DNA of 54,376 nt from Octopus sinensis (taxonomy: Eukaryota): positions 1-54,376 of the forward strand of contig NW_021835919.1 of the NCBI RefSeq assembly GCF_006345805.1. The letters are read 5' to 3'. The notes beneath the pieces are model-generated. The model was not told where the DNA came from, searched no databases, and saw only the letters and a list, made by a program, of their open reading frames with translations. Below are positions 12,209 to 25,650 of this stretch, piece after piece; position 1 is the stretch's first letter, and the number at the start of each line of letters is the position of its first letter. Both the position numbers and the translations under genes were made by a program.

Positions 12209-13005
12209 TCACTCTTAATCTTTCTTTTATTCAGTTCATGTCTCCTCACTATCTTTCTTACTTTCTCATACCTCTCTTTTGCTCAACTCCCTCTCTCCCT
12301 TACTCTCATTATTTCTCTCTCTCTCTCTCTCTCTCTACTTATCTCCTTTCCCTGTCTGTCTGTATATCTTCTTTCTTTCTCTCTCTTTCTTTCTTTCTTT
12401 CTCTCTCTCTCTCCTCTTTCGTTCCCTCTTACTCTTTCTCCTCTCTCTCTCTCTATTTTTCTCTTCTCGCTCTTTGACTCCTCTATCTCTCTTCTCTCTC
12501 TCTCTCTCTCCCTCATATTCCTTTCTCTCTATCTCTCCCATATTCTCTTGTCATCTCTCTCTCTCTCAAATCTTCTTGGACTCTTCCAGTCTTCAAAGCT
12601 CATCCAACTTCCCAACCCTTTGCATCTCTCTCTCTCCCTCTCTCTATCTATTTCTTCTCTCTCTATCTATCCATTAACTAGCTCCTCTCTCTCTCTCTAT
12701 CTATTTATCTATCAATCTATCTATCTATCTACCTATCTCCTCTCTCCCTCTATCTATTTATCTATCTATCTATCTCCTCTCTCTCTCTCTCTCCATCATA
12801 TTTCTTTGTTTCTACCTCTCTCATCTTTCCCTCTCATCCTTCTCCCCCTCTGTCTCTCCCTCTCTCTCAAATCCTGCTCTCTTCTAACCCTCATTTCTCT
12901 TCCAATTTTCCAACTCCCTGCGTATCTGCCTGTCTGTCTCCCACTCTCGCTCTCTCCTTCCCCTCTCCCTCTCCTTCCTCTCTCTCCTCTCTCTCTCCCT
13001 CTCTG
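11320..13005. repeat. (TA/CA)n block followed by ~1.2 kb polypyrimidine (CT)n-rich tract
   Basis: Direct reading; internal duplication ~11820-11870 / 12335-12385. Confidence 0.9.
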
Positions 13006-13085
13006 TTGCTTGGAGCAAACGATTTCTGCTATTCAAAGGAACTTTGATATTTTCACATTAACAAAGAATCCATGAAAATCTCAAC

Positions 13086-13159
13086 TCAATGAAGATCCTT
13101 CTTCAAAGAGTTTTTGTAACGGAGTCTGACAAACGAGCTGCTTTGTTGGACTGTTCCGT
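13086..13159 (-). CDS. Candidate alternative terminal exon
   Basis: Unique island between two microsatellite blocks. Acceptor ttttgcttcatcttacattcag|ACGG; no good donor. Phase 1 reads GTVQQSSSFVRLRYKNSLKKDLH*, phase 2 reads RNSPTKQLVCQTPLQKLFEEGSSLS*. Confidence 0.4.
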
Positions 13160-13194
13160 CTGAATGTAAGATGAAGCAAAAATACATACATGAA

Positions 13195-13220
13195 TAATGA
13201 AGATGGCAGATGATGATGAA

Positions 13221-13271
<51 letters not shown>

Positions 13272-14885
13272 GATGATGGTGATGATGATGAAGATGATAA
13301 TGGTGGTGGTGGCGAGAGTAATGATGATGATGATGATGATGATGAGGGTGGTGGTGGTGATGATGATGATGGTGGTGGTGGTGGTGGTGATGATGATGAT
13401 GATGATGATGAAGATGATGATGAAGATGATGGTGATGTGATGATGATGATGATGATGATGAAGATGATGATGATGGTGGTGGTGATGATGAAGATGATGA
13501 TGAAAATGATTATGGTAGTGGTGGCGAGAATAATGATGATAATGATGATGGTGGTGGTGGTGATGAAGATGATGATGATGATGATGACGATGATGATGGT
13601 GATGATGGTAGTGGTGGCGAGAGTAATGATGATGTTGATGGTGATGATGATGGTGGTGGTGGTGGTGGTGATGGTGATGAAGATGATGATGATGATGATG
13701 ATGATGGTAGTGGTGGCGAGAGTAATGATGATGTTGATGGTGATGATGATGATGGTGGTGGTGGTGGTGGTGGTGATGGTGATGAAGATGATGATGATGA
13801 TGGTAGTGGTGGCGAGAGTAATGATGATGTTGATGATGATGATGCTGGTGGTGGAGCTGGTGGGGGTTGCTAGTGATGTTGATGCGATGATGGTCTTGGC
13901 GCTGACATGATGAGGATGATGATGGTGGTGGTGGTGGTGGTGGTAATGGTGGGTGATAGTGATGATGAAGTGATGATGGTGTTGGTGGTGCTGACATGAT
14001 GATGATGATGATGATGGTTGTGGTGGTGATAATGATGTTGATGATGATGCTGGTGGTGATGGTGTTATGATGTTGAAGATGCTGGTGATGGTGATGATGA
14101 TGGTGGTGGTGGTGGTAATAATGATGATGATGATGTTGGTGGTGGTGGAGGAGCTGGTGATATGATGATGATGATGGTAGTGGTGGTGATGGTGGTGGTG
14201 GTGATAATGATGTTGAAGATGCTGGTGCTGGTGGTGATAATGATGTTGATGATGATGATGGAATCGATGCTGATGATGGTGGTGATGGTGATGACACCAA
14301 AGAAACTGCTGACGAGGATGGCTTTGGTGGTGATGATTATGCAAATGATGATAATAATAACGATTATGGTGGTGTGGTGGTGGTAATAACAGCAATGATG
14401 ATGAAGAGGGAAGAGAAATATAATGATCAAGGGGTTGATGATAATGATGACGATGAAGTGGAGGAGGAGGAGGAATGAAGGGGGGTAAGAAGAGGGTAAG
14501 AGGAAGGGAGAAGTGGAACAAGAGGGGAGAGTAAGTGGGAGAGGAGGTGAAGATGATGTCAAGGATGAAGATGATGATGATGATGGTGATGACGGGAATA
14601 TAATGATGGCCATTATGATGGTGATGATGATGATGATGATGATGATGACAGAAATAATGATGGCCATTACGATGGTGATGATGATGACTGGAATATAATG
14701 ATGGCTATTACGATGGTGATGATGGTGGTGGTGGTGGTGATAGTGAGTCGATGGTTGTTGCAACATGGCAATGATGCTTATGATGACCGTTGTGCAAAGC
14801 TGGTGATACAGCAACGATGATGACAATTACAATGATGATGATGATGATGACAATAAGAACAACAACAACAATAATGATGATGATG
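13195..14885. repeat. (GAT/GGT)n trinucleotide array with a ~100-bp higher-order unit
   Basis: Marker ggtggcgaga(g/a)taat recurs near 13310, 13520, 13615, 13712 and 13810. Confidence 0.95.
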
Positions 14886-14934
14886 AGAAGGAGGATGAGT
14901 TTGAAGACCAGTGGGGGTAATGGTGACAGTATTG

Positions 14935-15347
14935 ATTCTCTTTTACTCTTTTACTTGTTTCAGTCATTTGACTGCGGCCATGTTGAAGCACCGCTTTTAG
15001 TCGAGCAAATCGACCCCGGGACTTATTCTTTGTAAGCCCAGTACTTATTCTATCGGTCTCTTTTGCCGAACCGCTAGGTGACGGTGACGTAAACACACCA
15101 GCATCGGTTGTCAAGCAATGCTAGAGGGACAAACACACACACACAAACACACACATACATATATATATATACATACATATATACGACAGGCTTCTTTTCA
15201 GTTTCCGTCTACCAAATCCACTCACAAGGCATTGGTTGGCCCAGGGCTATAGCAGAAGACACTTGCCCAAGGTGCCACGCAGTGGGACTGAACCCGGGAC
15301 CATGTGGTTGGTTAGCAAGCTACTTACCACACAGCCACTCCTGCGCC
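14935..15347 (-). mobile_element. SINE family A, full length
   Basis: Same consensus. Confidence 0.85.
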
Positions 15348-15566
15348 TGATTGTGACGAAGAAGAAGTTATTGGCTATGGCATTGATGGTGGTAGTGGGG
15401 GGGGGGCATAGGGGGCGGTGAAAGTTGCGGTGATGAAGGCAATATCAATGACCACAATCATTTATCTATACTATAATAATAATAAAAAGCTGCAAATTAA
15501 TTAATTATAAGTAACTTTTACTAATAGAAAATAATTATCAATGTCTAATCTTATACATCATCATCA

Positions 15567-15598
<32 letters not shown>

Positions 15599-16734
15599 GT
15601 TGTTGTTGTTGTTATAATTTAATGTCCCCTCTTCCATTCTGGCACAGGCTCAACAGTTCAGCAAGAACAGACAAGCCAGAGACCTGTGGAGGTGCAATGG
15701 CCCAGTGGTTAGGGCAGCAGACTCGCGGTCGTAAAAACATGGTTTCGATTCCCAGACCGAGCATTGTGAGTGTTTATTGAGCAAAAACCCCTAAGCTCCA
15801 CAATGCTCTGGCAGGGAGGGGTGGTGAACCCCGCTGTACTCTTTCATCACAACTTTCTCTCACTCTTTCTTCCTATTTCTTCCACAAAGCAGAGGAACCA
15901 TGGTGTGACCCAGTATGGTGTGGTAAACTTTCAGACCCTAGTCTAGATTGCGAATCCTCTGTACCCCAGGATGGTTCAGCTCTCCACCCATTAAAAGCCA
16001 TCGTTTATGGAGTGTGGCTAACAATGTAGCTTTCGTGCCCGTGCAACCACCAGTCTATCGCCTGTGGTGGGTGGATCTTCAAGTTGCCACACGCATTCTT
16101 AGTAGCTTAGAGTAGGCTCGAATTAGAGATTATTCTTTGTGGCTAATGGCGTGAGTCCTGATTGGAAGAAGAAGAAGAAGAATGTGGAATGTTTCCTTGG
16201 GGTTCCGCTCCAGCAAAAAGTTTGAAAAGCTCTGCCTTTGAGTATTTTACAGCTGAATAAGAAAATACTGTGTCCCTACAAATCATTACTATTTACACAC
16301 CAGCTTCCAGGAAGGTGTTTGATATGTAAAATTAGCATATCCAATAACTTTACTGTATTTTGCAATGTGTTCAAGGATGATGAAGGAGCAAAAACTCCCG
16401 AAATATGGCACTTACATACATTCCCTTATTTTCATCTTTGATTTCATTGTTTGTTTACATCTGATGTCTCGTATACAAAACTTAGTAACAAAAATTAGTA
16501 CTGGTTTTATTTTTCATAAAATATTTATAGAGACAACCCTAACAAATAATATAAAAAGTGCACTACTAACACAGTAGAACGTGGAATTGATTTTAATATA
16601 CTTTATAGAATATCATGATTGCATCACAAAATACCATGTCCCTACCAGTAATTACCATTTACTGTTCCTTGTTCCTATTGGTTTTTCTATTCTCACATTC
16701 CTTATGACTTTTTCTCTCTCCCCCTTACCCTCCC

Positions 16735-17080
16735 TTTTACTCTTTTACTTGTTTCAGTCATTTGACTGCAGCCATGCCGGAGCACCGTCTTTAGTCGAGC
16801 AAATCGACCCCAGGACTTATTCTTTGTAAGCCTAGTACTTATTCTATCGGTCTCTTTTGCCAAACCACTAAATTACAGGACCTAAAAACACCATCATCGA
16901 TTGTCAAGAAATGTTGGGGGGAAAAACACAGACAAACAAACATATACACACACATACATACATATATATATATACATATATACAACAGGCTTCTTTCAGT
17001 TTCCGTCTACCAAATCCACTCACAAGGCATTGGTCGGACCGAGGCTATAGTAGAAGACACTTGCCCAAGTTGCCACACAG
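16735..17080 (-). mobile_element. SINE family A, head truncated
   Basis: Same consensus. Confidence 0.8.
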
Positions 17081-17219
17081 AACAATGTAAATAGTGAAAC
17101 TGTGGCTTATCTTCAAACATAACCCATTTGTGATGTAATGGCACTCATGCCACACACACATATACTTACCCATTTCCTGTATGGGTTCAAATGGTGTGCT
17201 TTATAAAAATATATAGGAC

Positions 17220-17630
17220 AGGCGTAGAAGTGGCTGTGTAGTACATAGCTTGTTTACCAACCAGATAGTTCTGGGTTCAGTCCCACTGCATGGCACCTTG
17301 GGCAAGTGTCTTCTACTATAGCCTCGGGCTGACCAAAGCCTTGTGAGTGGATTTGGTAGACGGAAACTGAAAGAAGCCCATCGTATATATGTGTATATAT
17401 ATATATGTGTGTTTGTGTTTGGTGTGTGTGTGTGTGTTTGTCCCCCCAACATCACTTGACAACCGATGCTGGTGTGTTTACGTCCCCGTAACATGGTGGT
17501 TCGGCAAAAACGACCGATAGAATAAGTACTAGGCTTCCAAAGAATAAGTCCCGGGGTTGATTCGCTCAACTAAAGGTGGTGCTCCAGCATGGCAACAGTC
17601 AAGTGACTGACACAAGTAAAAGAGAAAAAG
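17220..17630 (+). mobile_element. SINE family A
   Basis: Same consensus; inverted relative to the copy 140 bp upstream. Confidence 0.85.
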
Positions 17631-17799
17631 AGATGCGTCAGTGTTATAATAGCGATGTCCTTTGTTTGCAATCTTCCGTGAAAATATATTTGGCCATGGT
17701 GAAATATTAGCTTGCTTGGGAACCGGGAACTCATTTGACTCATACAAGCATGGAAGAGTAGACACTAACAATGAGAACAATGATGATACATGTCTGTTT

Positions 17800-17848
17800 T
17801 TTTTGTGTGTGTGTATATAAATATATATATACATATGTCCTGTACCCA

Positions 17849-17879
<31 letters not shown>

Positions 17880-17916
17880 GTCCTGTACCCATATATGCAT
17901 ATATATATAAATAAAT

Positions 17917-17962
<46 letters not shown>

Positions 17963-19026
17963 GTATATATATATACATATATATATTTACATATACATAT
18001 GTATAGACATATATATATTTATATATACATATACACACACTCACTCACACACACACATGTATATATTACCATTGTACCAAGTTTATGAATTTTGTGAATA
18101 CATATCTTCCGAGGAACAACTCCATATTGTATGTATGTGCATTTAAAATATATGTGTGCATGGATGTGGTTTGTGTATGTATCTTTTACAACACACAACA
18201 TGTGTAATCATAGTACAAAAAAATTGAGCAAACACACCACACCACACATATATATATATATATATAGATGTTGATAGATATAACACATATGTATATATAT
18301 CTATCATATATATATCATATAATATATACCTATATATATATATATATTATATATATATTATATATATATAAATCATATATATATATAAACATATATATAT
18401 ATATAAATATAAACATATATATATATAATATATATTTTATCATATATTATAAATATAACATATACTATATATATTTATATATATATAAATATAAACATAT
18501 ATATATATAACACATATCTAATGGTGTGTGTGTGTGTTGTGTGTGTGTTATGTATGTATATTGCACGCTTGCACACACAAAGTCAGCATTATCAAAAGAT
18601 TGTCTTTTGACATGGAAACACAGTCCCAAATTATTATCAGAATGAATTATCGTGGGAATATGATGGCATCAGAATAATTTGCTTTGCTGCCATGTATGGA
18701 GGGGTAAATTGATGGTTATTCATAATAAAATTCAACAAATGGAAAGCAAAGAATAGAAGAAAAGAAAAGATAGAAAAAAAAAACAATGAAAATTAAAAGA
18801 AGAAAAGATAAAAAGATAAAAAAAACAGGTAACACCTGACTGAAATAATGGAAAAAAAAGTTTTGACTCCATTGGTTATTTGCAAACAGTAGAAAGGGAA
18901 AAAAAAAAGAAAAAAAAAAAAAAAGAAAATCATGAATATATTGCATGTGTATGTAAGTATGTGTGTGTGTGTGTGAGCATGTGTGTGTGAGCGTGGGTGT
19001 GTGTGTGTATGAATGTATGTATGTAA

Positions 19027-19067
<41 letters not shown>

Positions 19068-19181
19068 CATATCTATATATATACATACATAAATATATTA
19101 TCTATATTATATATATGTACACATATTATATATCTGTATATATATATCATATATTCATACACATATCTGTCTGTGTGTGTA

Positions 19182-19214
<33 letters not shown>

Positions 19215-19610
19215 ATATATACATGCATTCACATATGTGTATGTATACATATATATATATACACACAGATACACAATATATATATACATTTATCTGCACA
19301 TTTATGTGTGTGTTTATATATATAAACACACACATACGTGTATATATAATATATATATATATAGATATATATACAAGCATATACACAACACACATATTAT
19401 ATATATATATCTATATATATATATATACAAGCATATACACACACATATTTATATTTATAATATATATATATATATATATAATATATATATACATTATATA
19501 TAACATATATATATACTTGTAAAGACATACCTACATATCTATGTATATATATATGTGGGTTTGTGTGTATACACATATACACACACACACATATTATACA
19601 TATATGTACA
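17800..19610. repeat. (TA)n/(CA)n low-complexity region
   Basis: Direct reading. Confidence 0.85.
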
Positions 19611-19872
19611 TTAAATGTTGAGAAAGATCAATTGTTTTGAGGTGATGTGTTGAACATGAAGCAATTAATATAACATCATGGAAAACTCATCAGGGCCATT
19701 AAAAATAAAATGGAATGTCCTGATAGTCACTTGTGCATTATATTATGTTAAGCAATAAAACAAATCTTTATTATATAAGCTATGACCCGGTCACTGACCA
19801 CGACCTGGACGCTAACCAGGTGAGAGATGGCTGCCGAAAACAATTTAATAGGACCAAGTATATTTCAAACTA

Positions 19873-20280
19873 TACTCTTTACTCTTTTACTTGTTTCAGT
19901 CATTTGACTGCGGCCATGCTGGAGCACCGCCTTTAGTCGAAGCAACTCGACCCCGGGACTTATTCTTTGTAAGCCCAGTACTTATTCTATCGGTCTCTTT
20001 TGCCGAACCGCTAAGTGATGGGGACGTAAACACACCAGCATCGGTTGTCAAGCAATGCTAGGAGACAAACATAGACACACAAATGTACACGCACATATAT
20101 ATGTATACATATATACGACGGGCTTCTTTCAGTTTCCGTCTACCATTCCATTCACAAGGCATTGGTCAGCCCAGGGCTATAGCAGAAAACACTTGCCCAA
20201 GATGCCACGCAGCGGGACTGAACCCAGAACCATGTGGTTGGTTAGCAAGCTACTTACCACACAGCCACTCCTGCGCCTAT
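19873..20280 (-). mobile_element. SINE family A
   Basis: Same consensus. Confidence 0.85.
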
Positions 20281-20387
20281 GGAATAAGTAGGTTAAATTT
20301 TTTGTTTATTAAATGATATTTGTATATTTGTCATACAGAGTAATTTTTTGTTGATGCTACAAAGAAAAGGCCAGAAGGTTATTCATG

Positions 20388-20640
20388 GACGGGTGCTAAA
20401 AGTTCCTGGCTTTGGGTAGGAGAAAATACAGGAAGATCGGTTGATTATGACTTTGCTCAGCATATTCTCCTCCCAGAACTCGGAACACTGGGCCTCCAGC
20501 CTGGCATTTCGTGATAACCTTAAAGCCATAAATTTTCCAGCACCCCTTCAAATGTCTGTGTGTGTGTATCAATGCATGCACGGGGTTGCTGAAATGCTCC
20601 TGTGGCCTTGGGTAAAAGAAAACTCAGGAGGGTCAATTAA
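20388..20640 (-). mobile_element. Mariner-derived MITE plus a partial second copy
   Basis: gggtgctaaaagttcctggcttt ... aaagccataaattttccagcacccc; similar to 9010-9220. Confidence 0.65.
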
Positions 20641-20926
20641 TTTAATTCCGATTTGACTCGTGAGTACCCTCATAACCATTATCATTGCAGGAAACTAGAG
20701 GAGGAGTAAGAGATGGAGAAGAGAGGGTGAAGAGGGAAGAGACGAAGAGGGGGTAAGAGGAGAAGGGTGCAGAGGAGCAGGGGAGAAGGAATGGAAAAGA
20801 TGAGGTTGACAGGAGGAAAAGAAGGAGGAGGAGAATGAGGAATAAGGGGGAGGAGGGGAAGAAGTGGGCACTGGAAGAAGAAGATGAGGAAGAAGAAATA
20901 TAATTCAATATTAGGAATCAATATAA

Positions 20927-21310
20927 GGCGCCACTGTGGGATAAGAAGCTTGCTTCCCAACCACATGGTTCTGGGTTCAGTCCCTCTGTGTGGAACCTTG
21001 GGCAAATATCTTCTACAATAGCCTCAGGCTAACTAAAGCCTTCTGAGTGAATTTGGTGGACAGAAACTGAAAGAAGATTATCATGTGTGTGTGTTGTGTG
21101 TGTGTGTGTGCACGCATGTGTGTCTTTGTCCCTGCTATCACTGCTTGACAACTGGTGTTGGTGTGTTTACATCCCTGTAGCCTAGCAGTTCAGCAAAAGA
21201 GGCTGATAGAATAAGCACTAGGATTTAAAAGTCAATCTGCTCAACTAAAAGGGTGGTGCCCCCCCCCACCATGGCTGAAGTCACATGACTGAAACAAGTA
21301 AAAGAATAAT
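20927..21310 (+). mobile_element. SINE family A, diverged
   Basis: Same consensus. Confidence 0.8.
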
Positions 21311-21354
21311 TAATAATATATTTTATGTGTTGTAGAAGCATAACAAAACTCTTA

Positions 21355-21737
21355 CACCTTTACTCTTTTACTTGTTTCAGTCATTTGACTGCGGCTATGC
21401 TGGAGCACCGCCTTTAGTCGAGCAAATCGACCCCGGGACTTATTCTTTGTAAGCCTAGTACTTATTCTATCAGTCTCTTTTGCCGAACCACTAAGTTGTG
21501 GGGATGTAAACACACTAGCATCGGTTGTCAAGCGATGTTGGGGGGACAAACACAAACACACATATATATACATATACACGACGGGCTTCTTTCAGTTTCC
21601 GTACACCAAATCCACTTACAAGGCTTTGGTCAGCATGAGGCTATAGTAGAAGACTATAGGTGCCACACAGTGGGACTGAACCTGGAACCATGCGGTTGGT
21701 AAACAAAGCTACTTACCACACATCCACTCCTACGCCT
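21355..21737 (-). mobile_element. SINE family A
   Basis: Same consensus. Confidence 0.85.
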
Positions 21738-21820
21738 GTTGCCGATAAATTTTAACAAGGAAAGCTTAAATGGACCGCCAAGGACCATATGCACCCTGAT
21801 TGGAAACCATTGGTCTAGGA

Positions 21821-22670
21821 CAGTGTTTCTCAACCATTTTGGGCCAACAAACCCCTTTGATTCTCATTTTACTAGGATGAACCCACCAGGTCAGTCACTG
21901 TTTAAAAAAGTACATATATTTTTATGATTAAATACTTATTTCTTTACTGCCCACAAGAGGCTAAAGATAGAGAGGACAAACAAGGACAAACGAATTAAGT
22001 CGATTACATCGACACCAGTGCATAACTGGTACTTAATTTATCGACCCTGAAAGGATGAAAGGCAAAGTCGACCTCGGCGAAATTTGAACTCAGAACGTAG
22101 CGACAGACGAAATACTTATTTCTTTATTACTCACAAGGGGATAAACACAGAGGGGTCAAACAAGGACAGACAAATGGATTAAGTCGATTACAATGACCCC
22201 AGTCCATAACTGGTACTTAATTTATCGACCCTGAATGGATGAAAGGCAAAGTCGACCTCGGCGGAATTTGAACTCAGAACGTAGCGACAGACGAAATACT
22301 TATTTCTTTATTACCCACAAGGGGATAAACACAGAGGGGTCAAACAAGGACAGACAAATGGATTAAGTCGATTACAATGACCCCAGTCCATAACTGGTAC
22401 TTAATTTATCGACCCTGAATGGATGAAAGGCAAAGTCGACTTCAGCGGAATTTGAACTCAGAACGTAACGGTAGACAAAATACCGCTAATTATTTCACCC
22501 GGTATTTTAACATTTCTGCCAACCTGCCGCCTTATATGTCAAATACTATTAGGAACTGTATAAAAAAAAATGTTAGAATGTTTTGTGTACTGCAGAGGTA
22601 GAACCAATTTATTGCAGATAATTTTAATGACAAAATCTTATATGGGCCCTGAAGGGCCCATACAGAACTA
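21821..22670. mobile_element. hAT-like MITE interrupted by three tandem SINEs
   Basis: Starts cagtgtttctcaacc; similar to 3730-4035; resumes after 22535. Confidence 0.45.
21932..22533 (-). mobile_element. Three tandem SINE B units (~183-bp period)
   Basis: Junctions at gacgaaatac|ttatttc; only the last unit keeps the full head. Confidence 0.85.
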
Positions 22671-23125
22671 TTGATCTAGATGGTGGAAGAAGGAATGATG
22701 AGAGGAACAGTAATGGGAAACACAACACTGTGCCTGTACGGGGGGGGGGGTGAATGGGATATAATTAATGACACCACTTCACAAAACTCTCCCACACACA
22801 CATATAGACACACAGACACACACAAACACACACACATACACATATTCCTACACAGCCACCAAAACATAAATGCAAGGCTGTTGAAAGCAGGTAAAAGCGA
22901 AGGCTTCTCAGAAGATTTGAAAGGGAGACTTCATCTTCATTGCAGGAAACTAGAGGAGGAGTTAAGAGATGGAGAAGAGGGGGGTGGAGAGGGAAGAGAC
23001 GAGGAGGGAGGATATGAGGAGAAGGGTGCAGAGGAGCAGGGGAAGGAGGTGGGGGAAAAGATGGGGGTTGACAGGAGGAAGAGGAGGAGGAGGAATAAGG
23101 GAGAGGAGGAGAAGTAGTGGGCAAT

Positions 23126-23662
23126 GGAGGAGGAGGAGGAGGAGGAAGAAGAAGAAGAAGGAAGAAGAAGAAGAAGAAAGAAGAAGAAGAAGAAGAAGGA
23201 AGAAGAAGAAGAAGGAAGAAGAAGAAGAAGGAAGAGGAAGAAGAAGAAGGAAGAAGAAAGAAGAAGAAGGAAGAAGAAGAAAAAGAAGGAAGAAGAAGAA
23301 GAAGGAAGAAGAAGAAAAAGAAGAAAAGAAGGAAGAAGAAGGAAGAAGAAGGAAAAAGAAGAAAAAGAAGGAAGAAGAAGAAGAAGAAGAAGAAGGAAGA
23401 AGAAGAAGGAAAAAGAAGAAAAAGAAGGAAGAAGAAGAAGGAAGAAGAAGGAAAAAGAAGAAAAAGAAGGAAGAAGAAGAAGAAGGAAGAAGAAGAAGGA
23501 AAAAGAAGAAAAAGAAGGAAGAAGAAGAAGAAGAAGGAAGAAGAAGAAGAAGGAAGAAGAAGAAGGAAGAAGAAGAAAAAGAAGAAGAAGAAGAAGGAAG
23601 AAGAAGAAGGAAGAAGAAGAAGAAGAAAGAAGAAAAAGAAAAAGAAGAAGAAGAAGAAAGAC
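23126..23662. repeat. Pure-purine (GAA/GGA)n tract
   Basis: Direct reading; no pyrimidines for ~530 bp. Confidence 0.95.
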
Positions 23663-23826
23663 GAAATTATGAACATAGAAAGGAAAAAGCGATCAAAAAT
23701 TATGAATGGAAGCAGGAAAAGGACAGCAACATGAAGAAGAAGCTGAAAAGATGTCAAGAAGATGAAAACCTAAGAAAGAAAGAAAAAAAGTAAGAATAAT
23801 AAGAACTCAACAACCAAGATGTGACA

Positions 23827-23872
<46 letters not shown>

Positions 23873-25534
23873 AGTGTGTGTGTATACCTAAGATATAAAT
23901 ATGAAAAAAGATATAAATAGGAAAAGGAACAAAAAAAAAAACACGTTGGAATAAATGGAGACAGGCCGATGTGAGAGATGAAGATAGAAGGCCAAGCCAT
24001 TTCTGAGAGTCATTTTGATGAAGTCTTTGAGGAAGTTTGGTAATTACGCTAAAAATAATTGGTTATGATCCTGTAGCGAAGGACATTGCGTTTCTGCTTG
24101 AAATTTTATTGCTATGGTGACAGCAGGCTGATTCATGCTAAGCACTGTAGTGATCGGTGTTTTGAAAGATAAATGGGTGTATGTATGTATGTGTGTATGT
24201 ATTTGTTTATATGTGTACATGTGCCCATGCACATGTATGTGTATGTATATGCATATGTATGTGTGTATGTATATATATATATATATACACAGATGCACAT
24301 ATATATATAAATATATTTAGATATATATATATATATATACATATATATGTTTGTGTGTGTGTATATATACAATCATATGAACGTACACGTATGTTTTAAC
24401 CGGTCCTAAACAATCAGATTCAAAAGGGCCATTAAGTCCTGCTAACTGCATTAGGTTTACATTTAAAAACTCTTTTATTCTTGCTCAGAAGCAATCTGAT
24501 AGAAGGAATGAACCCCCTACCCTTCATTGTAAGTGCACACACACACAAACACACACATACACACGCGTGCACACACATTCGTCCCTAAATTATTGAAAGA
24601 TAACATTTTCTAAAATTGGATAATATATAATTGCGCTTCCAGAAGTCTTTCTGGAATGTTCCTTGGCTCCAGTTTAGCTGAATACATATGACAACAGCCC
24701 AGCCTCTACCTAAACTCCATCAAATCTCATTTAACCTCCTCCTGTTCTAAATACATTTATATATAATAAACTCATTTTGCTGATGTACATTAAGGTTGGG
24801 TGGAGGAGGGTGAGTATCCAATAAATAGATAAGCAATGGACCACTGGGGTTGCAGTTTCAAACTCTAGTACTTTCATATTCTAGCAGTTTCACACTTTAT
24901 AATCATGATGTGATCCACCAACAACCATACACATATTTCCTTTCATATGGGATGCTCAGAATATATTTCGCTTTTACAATTGAGGTCAATGTCTTGGTGA
25001 TGAAAGTTCTTTCCATACAGTTCTTTTCTCTACTATGCATAACCTGCACCCCTGACTGCTATTAAAATAAAGCTCGCACCTCTTCAGTACTCTCCACTTG
25101 ATGCTGTAATCCCAGAGAGCTTTTTTCCCAGTGACCATATATACTAAGTTAAGGATGTATCATTTCACTTCTGGGTATTAAAGGAGGATTTGGTTTTAAC
25201 AAAATCTCTTTCCCTGCTAAATGACATACAAATACCTGTGCACTGGTTCTTACATTCCACACACAATCAAACACCCATCAAGAAGCTAATGAAGGAGCTT
25301 CTAGGTAAGTGGTTCTTGATGTACCATATGGACTATCATAGCAGTATCATGACAACAGCTTCCAGTTAAATACTTCTGAAAGAGCAAATTATTGTAATTA
25401 TTTTTACTCTATATTTCATGGCAGGGCTGTTATTTTGTCCACAGAAACCAAATACATACAGACAAGAAGAAATCAACCATACACACACATACACAATTTT
25501 TGAACCTGGGTTCTCATTCCTATGGTATTTTTCG

Positions 25535-25650
25535 ATGTTATTATTATTATTATTATTCAGTAGTTTTATTCTTATAGCATGCTTTCACTTCACTACCGAG
25601 CGCAGCCTTGGGTATGTGCTGTGGTTTGCTGTGATGCTCTTATGGTTACT
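25535..25650 (-). mobile_element. Non-LTR retrotransposon 3' tail
   Basis: Minus strand ends ..gctgcgctcggtagtgaagtgaaagc..AATAAA..(AAT)n. Confidence 0.4.

Noticed and set aside
13103-14826. Long His/Ile/Met/Asp-rich ORFs
   Set aside because: Translations of (GAT)n; open in several frames on both strands.
22765-23793. Lys/Glu/Arg-rich ORFs
   Set aside because: (GAA)n artefact.
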